A DNA stretch of 64,000 bases, from assembly GCF_009914755.1 (NCBI RefSeq), contig NC_060933.1, one strand, 5' to 3'. The translations under genes and the position numbers were made by a program. How positions within the stretch are numbered: position 1 is the stretch's first letter; each line of letters starts with the position of its first letter. A model generated the notes under the pieces. The model searched no databases and was not told the DNA's origin. It was given only the letters and a program-made list of their open reading frames with translations. This stretch comes from the human T2T-CHM13v2.0 reference genome, Homo sapiens. Shown here piece after piece: positions 13,851 through 26,004 of this stretch.

Positions 13851-15705
13851 CCTAAAATTTAAAGTGGCCTCATATAACTTCATGTTAGAATTGCTCCTCA
13901 GATTTGAATGACTAAAACTTGCTGTTTCTAGGATTTATTATTTTGATGAGAAACTTTACTATGATGGTCAGGCTGTATTAAACATTGAGAGAATGCCATT
14001 AAAATTCCATAACAGTGTCACTTGTTGTATGCATTATCTTTTGAGAAATCTATAGTCTGAAATTTCTGGCAATAGAATAACAAACCCTTCTTAATATATT
14101 ACTCCCTAAAATGTTGGAATATTACACTTTAAATATATTTTTCAAATATCTAACTATTTTATTTAGTGAGGAATAAGGGATTCTTAGAACCCAGAACACT
14201 GACCAAATACAAGTCCAGAAATGTCTGTATTGCTTTGCCTTCAAGGTATTTGCCATTCCTTAGCAGCCTAAAGACTAGGTTTTTAGAAATACAAACATGA
14301 GGCCTGATAGCGGGAAGGGAGTTCAGAGAACTTCTCTATCTGTAAGCTGAGACTCCTGAAGGGTTGACACTTTCAGTAAGCAAATAAGAAAAAAAAAATC
14401 TGCCTCGCAGAGGGAGATGGTAGGATGTGTCTATTTGAGTCTTGGTTTTTAGTGCTGCTGAAAGTTGAAGATGGGGAAGAAAGATGAATCTCCCTTAAGA
14501 ATTTTTAAGCACAGGCTCGCTCATACGGGTTTGCAGTCTGAATTTACACTACCTGGGTAGTAAAAAAGTCAAACATGTAGCTTAGAATGGCCCCAGTTGG
14601 TAGTACTCCCGGACCTTTGACAGGAGAGCAATCCTCTCTGGAGGAATGTACTTAAAACCCAGGCCTCAATGGAGTTCCACAGGTAAAGTCCCAAGAAACA
14701 TATGCTCAAAGTTTAAAAAAATTTCATGGTTAAGAATCAATAAAACAACAAAACTAGACCCACAAAGATATTGCCACAAAATTTATCAACAATGAAATAC
14801 AAAATAAATATACTTAACATGTTTAGAGGAATAAAAGAGGCATTAAAAGTATGATGAAATTAGAAACAATGAAAAGCTACCTAACAGATTTGAAAAAGAG
14901 CCACATAAGACTTGTAGAAATGAATAATATAACTAAAATTAGAAAGTCAATAGATGCGCTTTAGAGCAGATTAGACAAAATTAAAGAGAAAATGAGACGC
15001 TAGAAGGTAGATATAAAGAAATGACAAGAATGAGGATCACAGATAGAAAACCATGAACAGTGAAAACACGTGGAAGGTAAGATAGTACAAGATACGTCTA
15101 GCTGGAATTCTAGAAGGCAGACTATAGGAAGATTGGGGTAGAGGCAAAATTGTTGGGAGGCACTAATCCTCAAAATCAGGAAGCCTAATGAGTCACAAAT
15201 AGAGGATACCTAAATGAGAAAATCACACCTGACATATCTTAAGGAAAATGCCAAACACTCAAAGCAAAAACCTTAAAAGTAGTAAAGGAAAAAAGATAAA
15301 TTTCTTATAAAGGAGCAATGTTTACATGGATGGTAGTCTTTCAACAGCAAAAACGGAATTGAGAGACAGTGGAATATTATTATCGAAATTGGACGAGAAA
15401 ATAATTTTCTACTCACTACTTTTGTCCTATATTTCAAGAACAAAAGTGAAATAAAACTCTAAGTAAATAAAAATCAGGTGCATCTACTATTAACAGATTA
15501 AGAAACATCATGAATGTACATCAGGAATAGAGGGAAAAAACTGTAGATAAAAGGTTTGGTATACAAGAAGGAATGAGGAGGGGAAAAACCAGTACATATG
15601 TGGATAAATCTAAAAATATTGATGGTAAAATGACAATGTCTAATTTATGAGGCTTAAAAAATGAAAGTTATAACTCAATAAAGCTGTTTACAAAACATCA
15701 AGGTA

Positions 15706-16033
15706 GGCGGGCGCGGTGGCTCACGCCTGTAATCCGAGCATTTTGGGAGGCCGAGGTGGGAGGATCATGAGGTCAGGAGATGGAGACCACCCTGGCTAAC
15801 ATGGTGAAACCCCGTCTCTAGTAAAAAAAAGTACAGAAAAATTAGCTGGATGTCGTGGCGGGCGCCTGCAGTGCCGCTACTTGGGAGGCTGAGGCAGGAG
15901 AATGGCGTGAACCCGGGAGGTGGAGCTTGCAAGTGAGCCGAGATCGCACCACTGCACTCCAGCCAGGGCGACAGAGCGAGACTCCGTCTCAAAACAAAAA
16001 TCAAAAACCAAAAACAAACAAACGAACAAAAAA
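15706..16033 (+). mobile_element. AluY-type SINE
   Basis: Full dimer with Y-type 'ctggctaac' and 'gaatggcgtgaacccgggag'; TSD ACATCAAGGTA(G) on both sides. Confidence 0.95.
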
Positions 16034-16172
16034 CACATCAAGGTAGAGCTTAAATTCTAGACTTCGAATTATATACAATGGGTGAAGTGGTGACTGAGTA
16101 ATTTTCTAAGGTACTTAGGTTGTTTAGCTGGAGCGTAAACATCTTAATTAACTTTATAGTATGTTAAGTTAA

Positions 16173-16494
<322 letters not shown>

Positions 16495-16546
16495 ACACAG
16501 GTTAAAATTTCTAAGGCAAGCATCAAGATAATAGAAATAGAGTGTA

Positions 16547-16822
16547 GGCTCACGCCTGTAATCCCAGCACTTTGGGAGCTGAGGCAGGTGGATCACGAGG
16601 TCAGGAGATTGACACCACGGTGAAACCCCGTCTCTTCTAAAAATACAAAAAATTAGCCGGGCGCGGTGGCAGGCACCTGTAGTCTCAGCTACTCAGGAGG
16701 CTGAGGCAGGAGAATGGCGTGAACCCGGGAGGCGGAGCCTGCAGCGAGCCGAGATCGCGCCACCGCTCTCCAGCCTGGGCGACAAAGCGAGACTCCGTCT
16801 CAAAAAAAAAAAAAAAAAAAAA
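16547..16822 (+). mobile_element. AluY with 12-bp left-arm deletion (Yc/Yd lineage), slightly 5'-truncated
   Basis: 'gagattgacaccacggtgaaacc' lacks ATCCTGGCTAAC; uninterrupted A tail; TSD AGAGTGTA. Confidence 0.9.
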
Positions 16823-18669
16823 GAGTGTATACATTCCAAACTATTAAAGGGAAAAAGAGAGTTAGAAAAAAAATTCAAAAAAAGGCAAGAAAAAATTCTA
16901 AAAAGAAACAGAAAGGCCAAAATAAATAGAAAGTATACAATAACATGATGAAAAAGAATCCAAATGTTACAGTAATCATAGTAAATATAAACAAAGTAAA
17001 CTTTCCGGTTAAAAGATAATGCTTGTGAAACTGAATTAAATAAACTGCATGCATATTCTGGTTACTAGAGACTTACCTAAAACAAAAGAAGGTTGAAAAT
17101 AAAAGGATGGAAAAACTAAACTTGCCAAAACCACACTCTGGATGTACTTGTGTCCCCAGTAGCAAGAGAATAGCTTAACGTACGATCCCATTCTTTGCTA
17201 AAGTTAAGATACAAATTATCTAGTTCTAACAAAAAAGAGGGGAAGGGGACAAAAGGAGGGAAGAGGAGAGGAAAAGAAGGACAAAGAGAGGAATAGATGA
17301 AGTAGGGGAAGGTGGAAGGGAGAGATATGGTGACTCCAGTTCTCTAGGATTCACAAAGTTTAGGTCATCTGTTGCCAGGGGAAACCAGAATAGCAAGGGA
17401 AATGGCCAAGGGCAATTTGAACTGTGTGTATCAAAATCCACTGGGCCCTTCTGGGTCTCTCAAAATGCCTAGTTCACTCTCTGAATCACAAGCAGTAACT
17501 GACGGGTTTACTTTTAGGATAAGTAGAGGGAAACAAAATAAGGAAAGTATCACCATGCTGTATCCCTAGATAAACACACTACTTTCACAGTCAGTTAAGA
17601 ATTTTAATGCCTAAGTTTTTTTCTTTTAAGAAATACAGAGAATTAGTTTCCAAATCTATCAAGTAATACATCTTTTTATTTAATATAAGGACCATCTTAC
17701 CTACTTTGAAGTTTGTATATTAATTTTACTAATTAATAAATTCTGTGTCTTAAGCAAAGTTGAGGCAACACATGTATACTTATACAATTATTTATGGTTT
17801 AGTACTTTACAAGAACTACTTCACTTTATGAAGAATGTTTATAATAATTTTGTTTTAATCCTGATTTTCCAAAGAACATTAATCACAATTTGAATTGCTA
17901 AAACCCTTTACAGCTTTTCAGAAACACACAAACTGAATAAAGCAAAGCACACCTAAATTACTAAGTAGTCTGGCCCTCCAACTATCCAGCTTTAAGCATC
18001 TTTATTTAGATTGTGCCCTTCATTAGAACCAGGCCAACTTGCTGTCAGATTACAGTGCCAAGTCTAAGACGAAGTTAAATACCATGGACAGCTGCTTTCT
18101 AGGCCAATGACAGCCTAGCACCATAACAGATCAACGGCCCCCAGCAGCCAGGCTAGGAGCATAGCAAAATGAGCCGAATGATCTGAAACTTAACTGCTTC
18201 ACATCCTGCAGGATTCAAACTTATTCCTAACCAGCTATACAGACATTTTAAGAAGAGAGCCCCAAACATCTATAAATAAAAATACCCCAAAAGCAAAAGT
18301 CTCTGCTTAGAATGGATATTGCTAAGTCCCAGCCAATGAGCTACTCACTTTAAGCAAAATTCCAAATAATAAAATCTCAGGATGAAATAAAGACATTTTG
18401 AAGTTTCCTTGGAGTTAATGTTTGACCTATTTATATTCACTGTATGTGAACTAGAGCTTATGAATATTATAATACAGCAAATATTATATAACCCTAAGGG
18501 GTATGACGGACTGCTTAACTCAAGGATTCACTGGAGCAAGTTCAGTCTTCAAGGAATGTTTTATAACTCTTGAATCTAAAATAATTTATTCCAACTCATT
18601 TTTCACTTAAGAATGAAACATAAAAGGAAGGCATTAACATTCATTGAAAACAACCCACATTTTCCAAGG

Positions 18670-18870
18670 ATCATGCTAGATGCTTAACATTCATTTCTTC
18701 ATTTAATAATTTTACCAATCTTATGAAGTAGGTATCATTATTCTCATTTTCCAATTAGGAAACTGAGGCTTAGAGAGTTAAAATGACTTCTCTGAAATCA
18801 CTGGGCTTATTACACAACCAGGCTAAAGACTCTTTCCTTTTTGAGTTAAAGCCCCAGGGTCTCTTCACTG
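18670..18870 (-). mobile_element. MIR SINE in intron 2, inverted relative to the intron-1 MIR
   Basis: 'gtaggtatcattattctcattttccaattaggaaactgaggcttagagagttaa'. Confidence 0.85.
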
Positions 18871-21852
18871 TGTCATGATGGTATATAACTTTTTAAAAAG
18901 GGTAGTAGCATCACTAAAAGAAATAACAATAATAAAAATAAGAACCACACACAAGGTAGAGAAATTTAAATGAGATGAGAAACTGTTGCTTTAACTATGA
19001 AAAATAATGCCAGTTCATGTTTTTCCATGCTTCACAGTTACCCTATGATGTACATCATCAACAATGGAACCAAATTAAGATTTTATATTTGCCTATGAAG
19101 CAAGTAGTTTCAAGGATATTCACTGCCTAGAGCCCAGCAGAGTTGACTTTTTTGCAAGAACCATTTGATGATTTGTATAAGAATATCTAAAATGTGATTC
19201 CTCTACCTTCCCAAACTCCCATGTCCCATAATTTTGCAAACAGGACAATGAAGTGACTTTGCATGAAAACATGCTTAGTATTTTGCTTCCTAAATTCTTG
19301 TACAGCACATTCCTCTCTAGGAAGACTCCACTGAAGGCCGCATTTGGCTTAAAGTCTTTTTTTCCTAGATGTTTTGGTGATGTCAGAAGCATTAATTTCT
19401 GTAAGAAAGGTAAGCTACACAGTCAGAATTCAACTCTGCAGCCAGGTGACTAGATGACCACACTCCAGGATTCATCCCCATTTCAGGATGAATCAAATTA
19501 CATTAAAATCACATTCAGAGATGTGATTATGTTCAGTGCCTGGGGGGGAAAACCTCCCTAAGTTTCTGCAATCAGGCATATGATAAAGGCTGTAATTACA
19601 GAAAAAATTCCAGCAATAATTCAAAAGTGAAATTGGCAAGTGGTATTTCCTAAAGGAAATCACACATCCTTATGCACGTTCCACTTAAAAACGTGTGACT
19701 GTGCTCTGGCATTTTTTTGAGAAGTACAAAATAAGACATAGCTTTGTTTAGAAAAAAATCTCTACTTCCATTAGTTAACCAATGTCAAAAGAAACATTAA
19801 TGACTAACTGGAATAAATTAAAGCTATTTGGTGCTAAATGGAAAACAATACAATGAACACATTTTGGGGGGAAATCAGAAACAGAAATAGTTATGAATAT
19901 AACCTGCTTTCTTTTTCAATCAAGTAAATCTAGAATTCCCAAATTTTAGAACACACAATATTAAGTATAGCACAAAATTATGGATGCAAATAACAAGGGT
20001 TAAGGGATGACAACCTGAATTTCTGACCTTAAAATAATCATAAAAATGACATAAGTCACCTAATTGAGTAGGTAAAGATCATTCCAGGGCTACTTTAATG
20101 AATGGTTTATAATTGACTAAATATAGTCTATAAACCTATATTTGGAAAGCTATTTCTAAAACGCATGAAAGCATCTTCCACTCCACTAAACCATCTTCCA
20201 CCCCACTAAAATCAGAATACAAAATCCTTCCGCAATCCTACATATACCATTGGATTGCTCTGCAGATTCATTTTTCATAAATGTTGCCAATATAACATTC
20301 AGCCAAGTCTCTAAGTTAATGAAGTTCCACTAGGGTGTAAGAAAACAAGAAAGTACTGAGTTCTCAAAGAGACTTTTCAGCATTGATGCACCCAAGAAAT
20401 TTATAAGACATCGAATCATTTCCTTGCCTCTAAAAAATAAGCATTTCCTTGACAATCGTTCAGTACTTTAATTGGAATAAACACAAGACTATCAATGTAA
20501 ACCACCCAAACGGACTCGAGGAGAGCACTTGAGGGATCACCTTTTTGGCTGCTAAGTTAGAGTAGGGGAGAACTTCCAATGATGGTCCTATTTTATGCCC
20601 TGAAGGAGATGTACTCAGTTGTCACATCTGAATGCTTGTTTGCCGTATATTTTGCTAAATGATTTTTTGGTTTTACTATAGTTTCTAACAAACAAGCATA
20701 CGAGAGAAATGTTAGAAAATATGAAATATTGCTAGTGTTTTATCCTGCCCTTTGCTTCCATTTCATGGCTGCAATGAAAAGGACGGTCATCAAACTTGGC
20801 TATAAAAGAATTATGCAAATTTAACCATATTAATATCATTTTTCTTTTCTTTTTGAACAAAATCTTTCACCCCCTGCTCAAATATCTGTTTTTTGCATAT
20901 ATGAGAATTTTCCCAGATGCTGGCATGAAAAGTCTATGTAGGTATTTTGGCTTTCTGTTTAAAATCACATTCAGAGATGATATTCCACTGCTAGGATATA
21001 AATCAGAACTCCATTACAATACCACATACGATTGTATTGATGCCATTTGTCCACTATTTAAAAAAATAATTTAGGTGTTTGCAGGAATTACTTCTAAGCT
21101 CTTTACCAATCTGCTTTCCACTCACCTAAGTGGTAGGATGGCCACGATTGTTATTAAAACTCCCTCAAATTCTACTCTAAAAATAGTTGAAGTCATGTTT
21201 ATTATGGTGTGCAAAGTGGGTCATTGTGATGCAGAGGCAGATGGCAGGGCTGGCCAATGATTCTCTTTACAATGGATGCTGATCAGTTCCTGGTCAAGTG
21301 ACCTAAGACATGATTGTGTCAATCAAGAAAAACAGCCATGACAACAATAATGACAAGCCCTGCTGGGCTAGGCTGCTGACTGGAAGGTACAGCTACGGTG
21401 ACACAAACTTTCTTCCTCAGACATCTCTAAAGAGATGGTTCTTTCTTGGTAATTGCCATGTGTTCATTTAAAAAGAAAAGGCCTTGCAACTTTCTAGGCA
21501 CATACACACTTTCCTATGAAAATTAAATTGTTCACAAAATCATTATGCCCACTTTCAGAAAATAAGAGACAAATAACTGCTGAATTGGCTTTGGGAGGCT
21601 TATGTAACCTATATTTACAAGTGTTTTACTCTGAAGCAAGTAGCTGAGGAACTTAGTAAACATCTGCAAGAATACCCCAAAATTATTTTTTCCACTGCTA
21701 TGTTAGTCTAGCTATCACAGAACTGCAGAATCAATCTGCTATCCACAAGAGCCCCAAACACCATCACATCAAAAGAACTGCAGATCTCAAAAACATAATA
21801 ATTCAGAACCGTAGTCAAGAAAAGCATTAAATAAAAATCCACCACCACCAAC

Positions 21853-22782
21853 CTTTGCTTGGGCTTCTGGTGCTGTCACCTTGACGACCTTATTGCGGTT
21901 TATCATTTGCTTCACCCATTTTTCTACTTGGACGTTGAATTTCATGAAAACCACATAGCAAAAATAAGCTGTTAAGAGAAGCAAGCTTTCCCACCACATG
22001 ATGACATTATCCAGGAAAAATATGATCAGCATGATCAAGTCAACAATGTAGAAAGACACATCTCGAAAGAGCGGCCACCATGTCAGGTTTAAGATTTCTC
22101 TAGAAAACAGAGCACACATGCCAATAACAAAGAGGATGTTGAATACTGCTGAACCTACAATTGTGCCTATGCCAACGTTGCTGTGAGCGATAAATACCCC
22201 TATGAGAGATGTGAAAAGTTCTGGGGCTGACCCTCCTGCAGCCATGAAGGTGGCTCCAGCCACATCATCAGAGATGCCCAGTTTTTCAGTGATGACAGTC
22301 AAAGAAGGAACAAAGAACTCATCACAGACAATGGCTAAGGCTATGAACATGTAGATCATTCCAATGACATGCAGAATGATCGCACCTTTTCTTCTCTCCT
22401 CAAGGGAAAAGATGTCTTTCGGGTAGTCTCCTTGGGCGTGATCTGTACTATTCTCAGACTCGCCTTCCTTAGAAAGAGGTGGCTGTGGAGTATAATCCAG
22501 AATCTTGTCATTTAAATCTAAGAGAGTTCTCTGATGGTAACCCTGTGCTACCCTAGGGCCACTTACAACACTGGCCTCTCCTGTGCTCTGTGTATCTGTC
22601 TCAGAAAAGGCACTGATTGAAAATGAGACAGTGCTAATGGCTACCAGACCCATGAAAAGGCCTAAGACTCGAATTAACTTCAGTTTTTTCTTGACACTAT
22701 AATGTCTTCTGCAGCCAGACAGTGACTCATCCAAACACCATTTCTCTAGGGAAGTGATGGTGGTGCTTTGTTGCAGATCCAT
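21853..22782 (-). CDS. SLC24A2: Sodium/potassium/calcium exchanger 2 (NCKX2), first coding exon, codons 1-310
   Basis: Protein [20 protein letters not shown]… contains the alpha-1 repeat ([29 protein letters not shown]) and the N-terminal TM cluster. Strong Kozak AGGATGG. Phase-0 donor AAG|GTTGGT at 21853/21852 after …APEAQAK; the last 21 aa of the 331-aa ORF are intronic. Confidence 0.98.
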
Positions 22783-22935
22783 CCTGGGTCTTCTGGTGGA
22801 TATGGTGATCTTCCAACTTTAGACTCAACCAGATGGTTCTTTCATACTTTTCCTTACTTTATAGTTAACGATGCTTGTGGGGTACTTTCACAATCAGGGA
22901 TTGTTATGCTTCACAGGAAACTTTCATCATTTATG
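21853..22935 (-). other. SLC24A2: SLC24A2 exon 2 (1083 nt: 153 nt 5'UTR + 930 nt CDS)
   Basis: Acceptor TTTTTATTTTTATTTAAG|CATAAATG at 22936/22935; donor at 21853. Confidence 0.85.
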
Positions 22936-23019
22936 CTTAAATAAAAATAAAAACGAGAATAAGTAAATCATAAAATCACGTCTTTTTAATAAAGATCTTT
23001 GCAGATATGATAAAGTCCT

Positions 23020-23170
23020 GTCCTGCAGCTGTGCGATCTTGGGTAAGTTACTTAACTTCTCTGTGCCTCAGTTTCCTCATTTAAAATGGGGACAATTACA
23101 GTACCTACCACCCAGGATTGTTTTCAAGATGAGTAAAAACATATGTAGCACTTAGTATGGGATGTGGCAC
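23020..23170 (+). mobile_element. MIR SINE in intron 1
   Basis: Well-preserved core 'ttgggtaagttacttaacttctctgtgcctcagtttcctcatttaaaatgggg'. Confidence 0.9.
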
Positions 23171-24119
23171 TTATGAAGATGTATGTATAAACCCAAATAA
23201 ATATTTTGGTAAATCCAATGTTAGGTGCAGAGAAGGCAGATGTAAGAATAAAAATTTTACAGGTGAAAATCTATCAGATTATCTCACCTTAAATCATGTA
23301 ATAACCTTCCAGTGCTATAAAGGTACCTAGACTTCTTTCAGAACTGTCTAGGTACTTGGCAACTAACAATTATTCATTGTTTACTTTTGGTCCAATTACA
23401 TAATTCTCAGTTGTAGGCAACTTTTTCTGATTTAACCTATCATTTGGAAAGTGAGTGATTCTTTAATTTAGTGATCTTTTTTCTGCACACATAATGATAT
23501 CAGATCTTATTTTTCATAAAAAGTCTCTCCTTTATCAGATGCGGGAAAGTAGTCCTTTACAAATTTAAGTTTACAAAAAAAAATTCTGGTGACATGCACA
23601 AGCTGCCTTCCCTAAACATTGTTTCAGCTAAATATTTTTTTTAAAAAAACAACCTTTAGTCATATTTAAAATAGGCAGCTTAGTAAGTCAAAGAACTCCC
23701 AATGCAGTGAAATAACAAGTAGGCTATTTCGAGAGACCACATGTGTATTTCATAAACAATACGCAAGTTGTAGCAATACCTCTGTCCACAAAATCTGCCC
23801 AAAATAGCCCCACCACTGACTTTAATAGGTTAGATATCCAAAGCAGAGTTTTCTTTCTCTGTCCCACGGAGGAGAAGGGTAAAATAGCCAGACTTGACAG
23901 CTGATATTCTGAAGAGTTCTCTTTTTAGTTTTTCTTTAAAAAGACTATTCTTTCCCATATCAACGATTTCATTTTGGAGGCAGTCGCTGAGATAATCTCA
24001 GGTGTAAAATAAGCTAATTAAACACACGCCACTTAAATACTGAGATTAGCTGGAGCTCAGGTTTTCAGAGCAAAGCAAGAGCACAAATCAACCCCGCTGA
24101 GTTGCTGCTACTCCTGAGA

Positions 24120-25200
24120 TAACCCGACCCCATCACGGAGATTCCCAGGTGGCTGCGAACGTCAACGCTTAGCAGGAACGATTAAGCGATTCACAGCACT
24201 CAGGGGATTGTGTAAATGCCCGGCCCGGGCGACCAGCAGGGACAGATTCAACTCCCCGGGCGCAAAGTCATCTCCAGCCCGATCCTCGCTCCCCCTGAAA
24301 ACCCACCGCTCGTCTCCCCGGGAGCTGCCTCCGTAGGAGAATGTTCGCCCCCAGCCGCGCCCCAACTTTGCCTTGCGTGGTCCCAAACTTTCCCTGGTGG
24401 ATTAATAGGAAAATAAATCTAAAGGACAGACGCCCCACCTGTGAGCTTGGAGCTGGGTTGCATTTGGTGAGGCGCTTGGCCCGCATCCCCCTGAGTCGTT
24501 TGTAGGTGGCTGGGGAATGGAAGCGCCCCTCTGCGCGTCTCCCCCGACGGCAGGCCCTGCCCCACGCCCCCCATCCCAAGCCAACAGCAAGGGTAGGAGA
24601 GGCGGGGGCTCCAAATCCACGCCCCGGAGCACAGAGAGTTGGCTAACTCCTAGCGGGGCCTGGGGCGCCCACATCCACGGCAGAGCCACCTGTGAGCCTG
24701 CAGAGCAGCAACGGGATGCGCGCAACCGGGATGCGGGGACGACCGCCACAGCGGCTACAGCGGCAGGCGGGGCGCAGCCGCCCGCACTTACCAGGATAAG
24801 ATGGGAGGACGCGCACACGGCGGGGCCCCCGAGCGCGGCCCGCCGCTCCAGTCCGCCGGCCCTCCGCCTACCCGCTCTGAGGCCCGGGCTCTGGCTCGCA
24901 CTGGCTGCCGCTCTCGCCAGCCGGGCTGGGTTCGGGAAGAGACTGAGCCGCTGTGAGCCCGGCGCTCCGAGTCTGGCGCTGCCCGGCCCCCGCCGGCCCC
25001 TCCCTCTGGGCTGTGCGCTGTGCGCTGGGAGCGGGGCCGCAGCGCGCTCAGCTCCCGAGTCCTTTGCTCCACGCCTCCTGGGCGCAGAGGCGACGCTGGC
25101 AGCCGTCTCTTAGGAGATTTCTCCGCAGTGTGGACGGGGGTCAGGATTTGCAGGCGAGCAAGGGCAGAGAGGAGAAATCGTACAGGTCGGTGACGCGCCT
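24120..25200. promoter_or_regulatory. SLC24A2: CpG island / SLC24A2 promoter
   Basis: Sharp GC- and CpG-rich block in AT-rich surroundings; GC boxes (GGCGGG/CCCGCC); no clear TATA box. Confidence 0.9.
24792..24950 (-). other. SLC24A2: SLC24A2 non-coding first exon (TSS approximate)
   Basis: Consensus donor CTG|GTAAGT at 24792/24791 inside the CpG island. The 5' boundary cannot be fixed from sequence alone. Confidence 0.75.
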
Positions 25201-26004
25201 AATTCACAAAGCCTGAAAGTGCTGTCAACTTTGGGGTCATCTTATGCTGGGCACCGCCTCTCCAATTATCTGCAAAAAGTGATAGCAGTCGCGCTTTTCT
25301 TTAGGAGGCGATGTGATGTGTAATGGTGGAAAAGACGTTCAATGAAAAGGCACGGAGGCCTGCAGGACAGGCTGTTGGGGTCCAGGGTTTCTTGAGTGTT
25401 GGATTTGGATGCTTGGGACACTGCAGGGGCTTCAGTCTTGCAGGGTGACCTTTCATTTCATGGGTGATGAAAGTGAGACCCAAAACCCCGTGTCATTTTG
25501 AATCACTGACAGGCTTCGGCTTTTGGCCTCGGGATGTCCAGCCCAGTGCTCCTTCCTGTCCTATCTGGAAAGCAAGATCCCCTTGACCACAAGAAATAGA
25601 ATCAGGCTTGTTGGGGATGAGAGACTAGAATCTGGGCCAAAGAATGGAAGACGGTGGTGAGACAAATTGGTAGTGAGGGAACCCCTTTTACCCAACCCTG
25701 TGACCACCAGCAAAGCTGCCAAGAGGTACCCAACTCGTGAAGCTCTGAAAGCTTTTCGCACATTTTCCCCTCTCCTTACCCTCCATCCTTCTGTTCTCTC
25801 CCCCATCCAAGAGGGTTTCTTCATGCCCTCCTTACAATGGGGGTAATGGGTATATCCTGAGAGCTCATGACCTCTGACTTAGAGTACAGCTCTGTAGTCA
25901 GACCTCTGTGCACACTCATCAATAAGTAAAGGGAAGCCTAGGGAACTTAGAAATATTTTTCTTCCCCCCACCCCCCAATCAAAGCCAGGCATTCAAGACT
26001 CAAC

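Noticed and set aside
19469-19494. Small hairpin GATTCATCC-N8-GGATGAATC
   Set aside because: 9-bp arms are expected by chance in 64 kb.
21787-22782. 331-aa ORF as a complete single-exon protein
   Set aside because: NCKX2 similarity ends at K310, where a donor site lies; the alpha-2 half is encoded by exons outside the window.
24517-25113. 198-aa plus-strand ORF and other overlapping ORFs across the CpG island
   Set aside because: Ala/Gly/Pro/Arg-rich, no recognisable domain; long ORFs are expected in stop-poor GC-rich DNA.
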